Source of the DNA: an uncultured Woeseia sp.
Lineage (GTDB): Bacteria > Pseudomonadota > Gammaproteobacteria > Steroidobacterales > Woeseiaceae
NCBI GenBank assembly: GCA_913031125.1
Contig: CAJWFK010000005.1
Coordinates: 15,671 to 79,670 of the forward strand
Reading direction: 5' to 3'
Length of the DNA stretch: 64,000 nucleotides
The position numbers were made by a program, and so were the translations under genes. How positions within the stretch are numbered: the stretch's first letter is position 1; each line of letters starts with the position of its first letter. The notes below the pieces were generated by a model. That model saw only the letters and a list, made by a program, of their open reading frames with translations, searched no databases and had not been told where the DNA came from. Of this stretch, positions 9,364-18,093 are shown one piece after another.

Positions 9364-10586
9364 CAAACAGTCCTCATCGCTTCGACTGGCCGCAACCAAA
9401 ATAACCGCAGAGCAGGGTAACCGGACGAAAGAAGCGAACCGATAAAAACAATCGTCGGGCCAAGACATAGAGAAAGCAGCGTGACTTGGGGGAAAAATCG
9501 CTGTGGCAGGTTGAACTGCGCTGCCATTTGATCCATACCCGGAAAACTAAATCCATTATAGGAAAACCAGAGAGTGATGAGACCTCCTGCAGCGGCCCCC
9601 AGGCAGAGGCCACCCAGTCCCATCAGGGTGGTTTCTAGGATCACTAGCCATCCTAACCGAGCCGGCTTGACCCCCAATGACATAACCACTCCAAATTCAT
9701 GAGTTCGCTCAAGTACTGACATCAGTTGTGTATTCATAACGCTAAAGGCAACGAGTATCACTAATACGGTATAGATGATCATGGCTCCCGATAGGTCGGC
9801 CTGAATAGCCTGCTTTAGTCCCGGTTGCAATGCATCCCAGTCATGCACAACAACATCATCCTCGATCAGCTCTTCTACCCGTACCTTATAGGGTTCTATC
9901 ATCCAAAACCCCGGGGTGATCAAAACGACGCTATGACCGGCACCCTGCATATAGAAAACGTCATCAAAGAAACCAATTGGCACCTCAGCGATGCCGCGAT
10001 CTAGGTCTGTAATTCCACTGTGAAATATTCCAACCACAGTTGCAACGGCAGCAGCAAAAGAACCATCCCTGCCACTACCCAGTAAAGTAACCTCGTCACC
10101 CAAGTCCGCCTTTAGATTTCGTGCCAAGACCTCGCCGATAACGATTTCGGGCGCCTCCCGCGTATCAAGAAATCGGCCCTGCTTGACCAGGCTCGGGATA
10201 ATTGAAACTCGCCGTTCATATTCAGGATCAACTCCCAAAATTTGAGCTCCATAGCTACGACTATCACTTGATAAAAGAGCGAAACCGGAAGACCTTGGGG
10301 TAATATCTTCGAGTTTTAATTGATCTCGCAGTGTCTCTGCCAGCGCATCTATGTCGTTCACTACCTGGCGCATCTTCATATCATCTTTAAAGCCCGGCGC
10401 CTGAACCTGCATGTGTCCTGTAAGGAATTGTAGTGTGTTACCTATCATCAATTCGTAGGTACCCAGCTGGAGCGACATCATGAACACTAGCACTGCATTC
10501 GAAAAAATCATGGCTGAAATAGTCAACCAGGTACGTCGTGGGTGGCGCCATAAATTTCGCCAAGCTAAACGAAAAGTAATACCCAT
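9363..10586 (-). CDS. FtsX/MacB-type ABC permease (LolC/E-like), first copy
   Basis: Start re-set to MGITFRLAWRNLWRHPRR, 7 nt after the upstream stop. The longer ORF-track start would overlap the LolA-like gene. Same architecture as the paralogue. Confidence 0.8.
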   Translation of the reverse strand: MGITFRLAWRNLWRHPRRTWLTISAMIFSNAVLVFMMSLQLGTYELMIGNTLQFLTGHMQVQAPGFKDDMKMRQVVNDIDALAETLRDQLKLEDITPRSSGFALLSSDSRSYGAQILGVDPEYERRVSIIPSLVKQGRFLDTREAPEIVIGEVLARNLKADLGDEVTLLGSGRDGSFAAAVATVVGIFHSGITDLDRGIAEVPIGFFDDVFYMQGAGHSVVLITPGFWMIEPYKVRVEELIEDDVVVHDWDALQPGLKQAIQADLSGAMIIYTVLVILVAFSVMNTQLMSVLERTHEFGVVMSLGVKPARLGWLVILETTLMGLGGLCLGAAAGGLITLWFSYNGFSFPGMDQMAAQFNLPQRFFPQVTLLSLCLGPTIVFIGSLLSSGYPALRLFWLRPVEAMRTV

Positions 10587-10593
10587 ATAGTGG

Positions 10594-11367
10594 CTACTGG
10601 CGCGGATTACGCAGGTTAGAACGGGTGAACACTCGATCATCCAGGTCGAGATCAAACTCCATCGAATCAAAAATGATCTCTGTCCACTCATCCGGAGTCT
10701 GTTCCTTGACCATCCGCTGGTGCGCAGCAACACTCCGGCCCGCCATTTCCCTTACTTCAATGGTACGCAGACTTTGAACCAACTGATCATCCTGATCGTA
10801 ATATCGTTGCTCCAAAAGTACATTATCATCTCGTATCTCGAGCACCAAACGACCCCAAACAACAGCAGCATCTTCGTTCGGTATCAACTGAATTTGATAA
10901 ATAGTAAATCCGTCAACGTCTCGCCTGCCTAACAAACTATGTTGGTACTCATAAACAATGTCATCGGTACGCGATATATCTTTATTTGATAAATCTGAAC
11001 CCATCCAACTCTGGGCCATCATCGAAGATGGCACCTTAATAATTCGGTTCACCTTCGGAGAGAAGGTCCACATGTTTTTATCTTCTATCAATGTGCCATT
11101 CCCACGATCTTTACGTGGTGATATCACGCGAACTAGTGATAACTTTTCTCCCTTAGACCAGAACTCTATTGACATAGTGCGCTCCCAGTCCGGCCGATGA
11201 ATAACCATCGTCATCTCTCCATGGGAGGAAAGACCACGCCAATGATTTAATACATTGCGAACGATACTAGTCGCGTCGAGATCTAAATTATCCGCGCAAA
11301 CGCTAGTGCCAAATAATATAGCTATAAAAGTGAAACTTAGGTTCAATCTGCAGATAACTCTAGTCAT
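10594..11367 (-). CDS. Outer-membrane lipoprotein-sorting (LolA-like) protein, periplasmic
   Basis: 257 aa with a signal peptide. The MWTFSPKVNRIIKVPSSMMAQSWMGSDLSNKDI block matches my recollection of the LolA_like family core. Confidence 0.65.
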   Translation of the reverse strand: MTRVICRLNLSFTFIAILFGTSVCADNLDLDATSIVRNVLNHWRGLSSHGEMTMVIHRPDWERTMSIEFWSKGEKLSLVRVISPRKDRGNGTLIEDKNMWTFSPKVNRIIKVPSSMMAQSWMGSDLSNKDISRTDDIVYEYQHSLLGRRDVDGFTIYQIQLIPNEDAAVVWGRLVLEIRDDNVLLEQRYYDQDDQLVQSLRTIEVREMAGRSVAAHQRMVKEQTPDEWTEIIFDSMEFDLDLDDRVFTRSNLRNPRQ

Positions 11368-11402
11368 AGCATGGCCATTGCAATCCGGAAAGACGCTGAT
11401 TG

Positions 11403-13328
11403 CTACCCATCTTTAGGCTGATAAAGCAACTCATCGACTGCACGATAAGCCTCTTTAATGGCTCCATCGGTATGCGGGCTGGCACCTGCATCTGCATTAG
11501 CGATCGTGATACGGCCAATTGGTTGTCGGCCTATCACGCAAGGTCGTTCGTCAGTGGACGAAAATGCCCATTCTTCGGGCTCGAAAAGTGGGTTGTAAGA
11601 ATAAGTGTAACCGTGTGGCCACCGGTTAACTGTTATCCCGAGAATATCTGTCTCATCATCAAAGTCATTCCCGCCCAGTATTCGCGATAGCTGATCCCGG
11701 ATATGGTATTCAAATGTTGAAAAAGGTGTCGCAAGCATTCGGTTTCGACCAATGCGATGCTGCTCACGCCGTGATTGTCCCGGCTCAGTAAAATAACAAG
11801 ACATACGGACAACGATAGGCTCTGCAGGATCACGAGCAACTTTATAACTGCCCATCTCCAAAGATGGCTGCAAACTGATACTGGGATGGAAACTGCCTGG
11901 TGCGGTCACCCTGGAAATCCCGGTATCTACCCATGGCTGCCAGTTAGATACCAATACACCAGTATAAACAAGCGGCGACTTCGACCCATACAACAACGCT
12001 TCACGCTGCGGTGCAGACACTTCAGGACAAATGTGAGGAATGACCGTATTCCAGCAGGCCAATACAACGGCTTTGCTTTTAACTCTGTAGGCTTTGCCTC
12101 CAAGCACGTATTTTGTTTGTACTTCGTTACCGGGGCGGTTTTCTACATTGATTACCGTACTATTTAAGCGAATACGCACATTGTTCTCATCACGGTCAAG
12201 CTGACTATAATCAGCCCGGGCTGTAACGACATCCTCCACAGAACTCCCCGGAATAGAATCAGAAACGAGGGAACGCACAAGCAAACGTGCGATTGTTGCG
12301 TTGCCATCCGGGAAATACATATCAGGATCACCACTTTGAGCTCTGGCTTGATTCTCGCGGCCGTGTTGCCCGCCAGCTTCATCCACCAGCTGGTTTGGTG
12401 AAATCTCATCCAGGTTGAGGCCATCGAACCCCGGATATCCCATTTCACGGCAATAAATTGCCGGTATGGCATCCATAGCTGTAACAAAAATACCGAGCTG
12501 GCTTGAATCAAACAAAAACATCACATCAGGATGACAACCTACGATATTCACCACATAGTCACGGTAACTCATGTGGGTGAGCCTTTGCCTCGTTTCGATA
12601 GCGTTTAATCCTGGCAGATAGTTCTTCTTTTCGTCATACAGGCGAATAGCATCCGATTTAGCCTCGTCATTAAAGGGTGATTGACCGATAAATTCACCCG
12701 TAGGCAAATCGTTATAACCTACAACGAGTTTGTCTTTACCAAATGTTTCCTTATCAAAAAACATGCTCCCCTTCAGACCCATATCGCTGTAATTAGAAAA
12801 CATGCCGCGGTTTTTCTCGAAGTAACGCTGCCGGTCAATACCAAGCTCCCAGAGCAGCCCGCTCGCAGCCGCATTGTATTGTGTCGGCGCCTCCACATTC
12901 AGGGTGCCACCGTTCACAAGATACATACGCCCGTCATGCCAAAATTCGTTACGCTTTGCGTGCCCTCCGAAATCATCATGATTATCAAGAATGAGAATAC
13001 GCGCATCAGGGCCAACTTTTTTACGATAAAAATACGCAGCTGAAAGACCGCTCAACCCTCCGCCAACTACAACCAGATCGTAAGTTCGATCGCCTGCATC
13101 TAACGCATTAAATGTTCGCCCATCGCGCAACTCATGAGCTACTTCAAAGGAGCCCTCATGGCTACCACGTAACCCCTGTGTGGTGGGAGGATAGTAATCA
13201 GGTGGCAAGGCTGTTGGATCAAGCGCATCACGGGCAATCGCGTCCAGCGGCGAAACTGCAGTACCTGCAGCCATACTCAATGCACATCCGTTGACAAAAT
13301 CCCGACGGCTAATTCCTGACTTTTTCAT
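11403..13328 (-). CDS. Tat-exported FAD-dependent amine oxidoreductase, spermidine dehydrogenase (SpdH)-like
   Basis: Twin-arginine signal SRRDFVNGCALSMAAG. Dinucleotide fold DLVVVGGGLSGLSAAYF plus ILDNHDDFGGHAKRNEF. YYPPTTQGLRGSHEGSFEVAH block as I recall for SpdH-type enzymes. ATG at 13328 is preceded by AGGTGG. Confidence 0.6.
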   Translation of the reverse strand: MKKSGISRRDFVNGCALSMAAGTAVSPLDAIARDALDPTALPPDYYPPTTQGLRGSHEGSFEVAHELRDGRTFNALDAGDRTYDLVVVGGGLSGLSAAYFYRKKVGPDARILILDNHDDFGGHAKRNEFWHDGRMYLVNGGTLNVEAPTQYNAAASGLLWELGIDRQRYFEKNRGMFSNYSDMGLKGSMFFDKETFGKDKLVVGYNDLPTGEFIGQSPFNDEAKSDAIRLYDEKKNYLPGLNAIETRQRLTHMSYRDYVVNIVGCHPDVMFLFDSSQLGIFVTAMDAIPAIYCREMGYPGFDGLNLDEISPNQLVDEAGGQHGRENQARAQSGDPDMYFPDGNATIARLLVRSLVSDSIPGSSVEDVVTARADYSQLDRDENNVRIRLNSTVINVENRPGNEVQTKYVLGGKAYRVKSKAVVLACWNTVIPHICPEVSAPQREALLYGSKSPLVYTGVLVSNWQPWVDTGISRVTAPGSFHPSISLQPSLEMGSYKVARDPAEPIVVRMSCYFTEPGQSRREQHRIGRNRMLATPFSTFEYHIRDQLSRILGGNDFDDETDILGITVNRWPHGYTYSYNPLFEPEEWAFSSTDERPCVIGRQPIGRITIANADAGASPHTDGAIKEAYRAVDELLYQPKDG

Positions 13329-13460
13329 AGTTACCACCTAAACTTGAGTGCGTATAAAGCCTAGCTATAAACTTAACACCGACACAGTTATTAATGCCAT
13401 CGATCCGACCTTAAACACGAAGGTAACAGAACCATTCGGCAACGATAGCAGTCGATCCTT

Positions 13461-15878
13461 CTAGAATGTATTGGTCCGCATGACAGGCGTCGACTGTTTC
13501 TGTTCAGCTAAATAATTAAGAATCATGTCGGGCGTGACCGGTACACGATTAAATACGTGGCCCCCAAGCGCATCCGATATAGCACAAAGTACAGCTGCCG
13601 CTGCACAGCCCATCACCGGCTCCCCTATTCCCTTTACACCAACCGGGTTGTCGGGATCCGGCAGATCAACGGCATCCCAACGCAAACTATCCGGCAAATC
13701 CAGATAGCTCGCGGGCTTGCACTGGGAAAACCCAACATTTGCGGGAATACCAGTAGCAGGATCATAAACATGGCGCTCGAGCCCAGCCATTCCAAAACCC
13801 CAGACAGCACCGCCTCCAATCTGTGCTGCCAACCCCTGCGGATGCAACACAACACCACAATCAACCACGCCCATGTAATCGAGAATTACATACTTACCAG
13901 TCTCCATATCCAGTTCAATCTCGGCAAACCCAACTGCCAGGCCCGGAACTGCACCGCGACGACCTAGGGTATCTTTCGCGACACCAACCAGACCTGTGCC
14001 CTTAATGCCATCGACAGCTAGCTTTGTAACCTCATGGATATCGGCTGGCGCTTCGGACCCATCAAAACGTCCGCCAAATTCAATAGCAGTTTGCGCAACC
14101 TCAGCGTAGCTCATTGAGTTATCCGGATTGTATTTTGAAAAAACACGCTCATCCAGAATCTCATAATCTTCTTTCGCACCTCCAAACTTTAGTGCTGCTA
14201 TAGAAAGAATCTTGTCTAACGCATCAAGCGCTGCAACGTAGTTAGCGCGGGTATGGGTAAAGGATGTATTACTGCCATTCTGGGCAGAACTCCACGGTAA
14301 ATGCTCCGTAGACTTCCCATAGTGGATAATGCAATTGTCCCATTCACAGTGCAGAATCTCTGCAACTGGCCGAGTCGTCGACACATAAGAATAAGTGCCG
14401 AGGTTGCCAACCCCGCTGTGCAAATGAATCTTGCCATCAGGTGTGATTCGAAGCAGCCCATCGTAGCCGTCTCGACCAGCTGAATGATATGCCTGCCCGA
14501 CACCAACACCAGTCACTTTCGAACCACCCTGCAATTTACGTCGAGTATTTTTCTCATTCCAGCCAAAAGCTTTGGCACCTTTATCCAGTGCTTCCTTCAG
14601 GTAAGCGCTCGTCATCTGCTCTTGCCGTGGACCGTGCAAAGAATCGTTGTCTGGCGCATTAATTTTACGGATGTCGAGTCGGTCGATCTCCAGATGCACG
14701 GCGGCCTTGTCTATCAGAGGTTCGATAGCGGCCGCTATCTGATTTTGTCCCGGACCTCGCTGGGCACCTTTTGGAGTCGTATTGGTCATAACGGGAATCG
14801 AACGAAATCGCATAGCTTCAGGTTGGTACACAAGTGATGTGGCGCCGGCAGCAGCAGCAGCAGATGGGAATCCAGTTTGGCTACCTATATCCTGGACAAT
14901 AAACAAATCTAGCGCGGATATACGTCCGTCCGCATGAAATCCGATTTTGACGTGCCCCTGAAAGCCCGAACGTGCTTTGCCGAGAAAAAATTCCTCCGCC
15001 CGCCCAAGGTGTAACGCGACCGGACGATTGATCTTGCGCGAAAAAAAAGCAGGCAATAGCAACATAGGATAAGGGTTGCTGCGCGAGCCGAAACCACCGC
15101 CGCAATGTTCATTAATGAACACAAGATCCTTAACATCAATCCCAAGCGCCCGGGCAATTCCCGGCATGGGAGCGGTTTGACTTTGGTTTGGCGCATAAAG
15201 GAAACACTTACCGTTTTGCCAATACGCCATTGACGAACGCGGTTCCATCGAGTGGTGCGCATAGCCAGCTGTCACAAAGTTTTGTTCTACGACAAATGAC
15301 GCACTCTCAAAACCTCGCTTAATATCTCCTACGGTCCACTGGACCGGAGTCTCAACGTCGGGTGGATGACCAGCCAAAAAATCAGCGAGTTGTTCATCGG
15401 TCCACCTTACTTCCTCAGGTATTGTAGTCCGATCTCCAAAACCCGCCGGTGCATAAACATTACCTTCAAGCCGAGCATTACAGCCGAGCGAATCTAAGGA
15501 ATCTAATGGGTCAACGCAGAACGGCAACGGTTCATAATCTATGTGCACCTTAAGTAAGGCATCAGTAGCTACCGTGTCATCAACAGCCGCAATAGCAAGT
15601 ATAGGGTCACCAACAAACGCAGGTTCTGCTGTGAGAATAGAGGCCCGCGGCACCAGCGCTTTTGGTACCTCATCCGACGTTAACACGCCAACAACACCAT
15701 CCATTGCTAACGCGGAAGACAAGTCAATACTCTTTATACGAGCATGCGGTATGGGACTCGTAAGCAAGCGCGCAAATACCATACCATCGACATGAATATC
15801 CTCAGCATATTTAGCTTTACCGGTAACCTTTCCAATGACATCAGGTGGTGTGAAATCCGTTCCGATGTATTTCACCAT
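13461..15878 (-). CDS. Xanthine dehydrogenase/aldehyde oxidase-family molybdopterin-binding large subunit (orphan)
   Basis: 805 aa. N-terminal a/b-hammerhead pattern (GKVTGKAKYAEDI…ARLLTSPIPHARIKSID) and C-terminal GIGEPVMGCAAAAV motif typical of CoxL/XdhB-like subunits. No FeS or FAD subunit gene is adjacent. Confidence 0.8.
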   Translation of the reverse strand: MVKYIGTDFTPPDVIGKVTGKAKYAEDIHVDGMVFARLLTSPIPHARIKSIDLSSALAMDGVVGVLTSDEVPKALVPRASILTAEPAFVGDPILAIAAVDDTVATDALLKVHIDYEPLPFCVDPLDSLDSLGCNARLEGNVYAPAGFGDRTTIPEEVRWTDEQLADFLAGHPPDVETPVQWTVGDIKRGFESASFVVEQNFVTAGYAHHSMEPRSSMAYWQNGKCFLYAPNQSQTAPMPGIARALGIDVKDLVFINEHCGGGFGSRSNPYPMLLLPAFFSRKINRPVALHLGRAEEFFLGKARSGFQGHVKIGFHADGRISALDLFIVQDIGSQTGFPSAAAAAGATSLVYQPEAMRFRSIPVMTNTTPKGAQRGPGQNQIAAAIEPLIDKAAVHLEIDRLDIRKINAPDNDSLHGPRQEQMTSAYLKEALDKGAKAFGWNEKNTRRKLQGGSKVTGVGVGQAYHSAGRDGYDGLLRITPDGKIHLHSGVGNLGTYSYVSTTRPVAEILHCEWDNCIIHYGKSTEHLPWSSAQNGSNTSFTHTRANYVAALDALDKILSIAALKFGGAKEDYEILDERVFSKYNPDNSMSYAEVAQTAIEFGGRFDGSEAPADIHEVTKLAVDGIKGTGLVGVAKDTLGRRGAVPGLAVGFAEIELDMETGKYVILDYMGVVDCGVVLHPQGLAAQIGGGAVWGFGMAGLERHVYDPATGIPANVGFSQCKPASYLDLPDSLRWDAVDLPDPDNPVGVKGIGEPVMGCAAAAVLCAISDALGGHVFNRVPVTPDMILNYLAEQKQSTPVMRTNTF

Positions 15879-16036
15879 AAAGAAGCCCTTTACCTTATTC
15901 GATCAACACTTCAATTATATTGATACCATCAATACCTCTAGTCATCTTGTTACTTTTGCCAACCTTACCGAGTCATGATGGCGGACCGGTATAGATTAAG
16001 GTACCCGGCCTTAGTTGAACAAGTACCTTAGTGTAT

Positions 16037-16049
16037 TCTTAGAATGTTC
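16037..16049 (+). promoter_or_regulatory. TCTTAGAATGTTC box (contains a TAGAAT -10-like hexamer) upstream of the Tat-signal PLP enzyme gene
   Basis: Exact 13-mer shared with 18044-18056. TTGAAC lies 19 nt upstream (16015-16020). The box ends 52 nt before the ATG. Confidence 0.25.
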
Positions 16050-16100
16050 CTGGGTATTTAGTACTAGAATTTCGCACCAAGCAATAGATAAGGAGAAAAC

Positions 16101-17333
16101 ATGGGTGTTGCCAGACGGGATTTTTTGAAGGTTGTTAGTAGTGCGTCTGTCATCGGGGGTCTGGGTGCAATTAGTATAAAAACGGACTCAGCTTCCGCTA
16201 GTGCTCACGTATTCGGATTTGATGAGAATCACGTACCCATGAATGCGGCAAACCTGTGCCCGATGCCAACCAGCATCACTAAAGCGCAAAAAGAATATGC
16301 CGCACAGCTAGATTTGTCTCTAAGCACTAGCTCTCGCAGGGCAGTAGAGGCTGGTAAAGAAAAAGCTCGCAGGCGCATCGCCGGTCTTCTAGGAGTATCT
16401 GGCGATGAATTAGCGATCGTACGGAATACGTCAGAAGCGAATAACATTATCGTACAAGGTATGCCTCTCGGAGAGGGAGACGAGGTAATTCTTTGGGACC
16501 AGAATCATCCATCTAACCTTGTTGCGTGGGACGTTCAGGTATCAAGGGTCGGGGGCTCTGTGCGTCGTTTCTCAGTGCCGACTAACGTTGGTTCAGTTGA
16601 TGAGGTCGTAGACTTGTTCGTTCGATCCGTGACAGATTCGACCAAGGTAGTATCTTTCACTCACATATCTAATATCACCGGTTTTCAAACTCCTGTTGCT
16701 GAAATATGTGCGGCAATAAAAAAACGCAAAGACGATGTCCATATTCATGTGGACGGCGCCCAAACATGGGGCGCTGTTGATATTGATCTCGGCGCTATTA
16801 GATGTGACTCATTCAGTGGCAGTGCGCACAAATGGTTCATGGGGCCACGGGAAGTCGGGATTCTCTATGTTAGAGATACGCGTATTGACGATATCTGGCC
16901 GAACATCGTTGGCGTACCCTGGGGCAGCACGAGTGCCGACTCTCCTAAAGGGGCCCGAAAATTTGAATCAATGGGGCAACGTGACGATGCCGCCATCGCT
17001 GCACTAAGCGACACCGCCCTGCTCCATGAAACCATCACACCGGAAAGTATTGAACAGCAATCAGCATTAGTTGCCAGGCGCCTCCGTGAGGGACTGCAAG
17101 ACCTTGGTCTGCCTTTCATATCATCCACAAATCCAGCATTTAGCAGCAGCGTGATTATTCTTCAAGCGCCGCGCAAAACAGCAGGGCAAATGGTACGCGA
17201 AGTTTTTCACGAAGCCGGTGTCCAAACAGCCGCTACAGGCGGACTTAGAATGTCACCGCATATCTACAATACCGCAGATCATGTGGATCGGGTCATTGCT
17301 GCAGTACACAAAAAGCGTGCATTATTAAGTTAA
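16101..17333 (+). CDS. Class-V-fold PLP-dependent enzyme (cysteine desulfurase / isopenicillin-N epimerase-like) with Tat signal
   Basis: 410 aa. MGVARRDFLKVVSSASVIGGLGA twin-arginine leader. SGSAHKWFMGP (PLP-Lys context), HVDGAQ. GGAG Shine-Dalgarno upstream. Confidence 0.75.
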   Translation: MGVARRDFLKVVSSASVIGGLGAISIKTDSASASAHVFGFDENHVPMNAANLCPMPTSITKAQKEYAAQLDLSLSTSSRRAVEAGKEKARRRIAGLLGVSGDELAIVRNTSEANNIIVQGMPLGEGDEVILWDQNHPSNLVAWDVQVSRVGGSVRRFSVPTNVGSVDEVVDLFVRSVTDSTKVVSFTHISNITGFQTPVAEICAAIKKRKDDVHIHVDGAQTWGAVDIDLGAIRCDSFSGSAHKWFMGPREVGILYVRDTRIDDIWPNIVGVPWGSTSADSPKGARKFESMGQRDDAAIAALSDTALLHETITPESIEQQSALVARRLREGLQDLGLPFISSTNPAFSSSVIILQAPRKTAGQMVREVFHEAGVQTAATGGLRMSPHIYNTADHVDRVIAAVHKKRALLS

Positions 17334-17935
17334 GAATGTGACCAGTTTTCAGGGTCGCTAGTGTCTCCAGGTGACAAACCTATAATGTCATTCTCTGTGC
17401 TGATACCGAGGCCGAGTACAGTCCGGTTAGCATAGGAAAAATATGCCGTCACCTGGTTTATCTCTAGTATTTCGCCATCGTCAAAGCCAGAGCTTTTGAG
17501 AATATTAATATCTGTTTCGGACACACTTGATGGGTGCTTTGTAAGCTTTTCTACATATTTTAACCCGGCAAGTTCACGTCCGGTAAACACGGCTCCTGGG
17601 TCACTACAGTCTAACGAAGCTCGAATAGCAGAACCGCGTTCATTATTCTTTAAAAGCCGCAGGAGTCCAGCGTAATGGTGGTCAATACAGTAGTCGCACT
17701 GGTTTATGATGCTAACGTAGACGCCAATAGTCTCAAGATACGTCTTTGGCAATTGATTGCGTGGATGATGAAGAACGTATTTGTACAATGCCATATGTCC
17801 CTGCAGTGAATGTGGTCGCAAACTATGGGCAAGCATGATGTTGTCAACGTTGTTGTCTGGCCCCTTAATCCGGTTATAGAGTTCCTTGAGTATTCCTTCT
17901 GCATTTTCATATGAGATGGTCGCTATCCATGTCAT
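17330..17935 (-). CDS. Carboxymuconolactone decarboxylase (AhpD-like) family, 'peroxidase-related enzyme'
   Basis: 201 aa. CDYCIDHH (CxxC-x-H) motif in an AhpD-like helical context. Its stop overlaps the convergent upstream stop (TTAA, 17330-17333). Confidence 0.65.
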   Translation of the reverse strand: MTWIATISYENAEGILKELYNRIKGPDNNVDNIMLAHSLRPHSLQGHMALYKYVLHHPRNQLPKTYLETIGVYVSIINQCDYCIDHHYAGLLRLLKNNERGSAIRASLDCSDPGAVFTGRELAGLKYVEKLTKHPSSVSETDINILKSSGFDDGEILEINQVTAYFSYANRTVLGLGISTENDIIGLSPGDTSDPENWSHS

Positions 17936-18043
17936 CGTTATTCACCCTTATATTATTGTGAGTACACTAAAAACTGTGGTCACACTGGTAACCAAAGCTA
18001 ACTCATACATTCGCTGTCATGACCTATTATTTCCTACATGGCA

Positions 18044-18056
18044 TCTTAGAATGTTC
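18044..18056 (+). promoter_or_regulatory. TCTTAGAATGTTC box upstream of the thioredoxin-fold gene
   Basis: Second exact copy of the 13-mer. It ends 38 nt before the ATG at 18094. Confidence 0.25.
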
Positions 18057-18093
18057 TAATAAGCTGAACTAGAAATGTACAAGGAACTGACAT

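Noticed and set aside
8134-10733. N-terminal extensions of the two FtsX permease ORFs that overlap upstream genes by about 105-140 nt
   Set aside because: The extensions are non-homologous, Cys/Ser/Arg-rich sequence. Both proteins have the conserved family N-terminus (…RLAWRNLWR..RR) right after an internal Met that gives a 1-nt overlap or a 7-nt gap. This is an ORF-calling artefact.
14848-14862. (GCA)5 trinucleotide repeat
   Set aside because: It encodes an in-frame Ala5 run (…PSAAAAAGATS…) within the Mo-enzyme. It is short and unremarkable, with no regulatory context.
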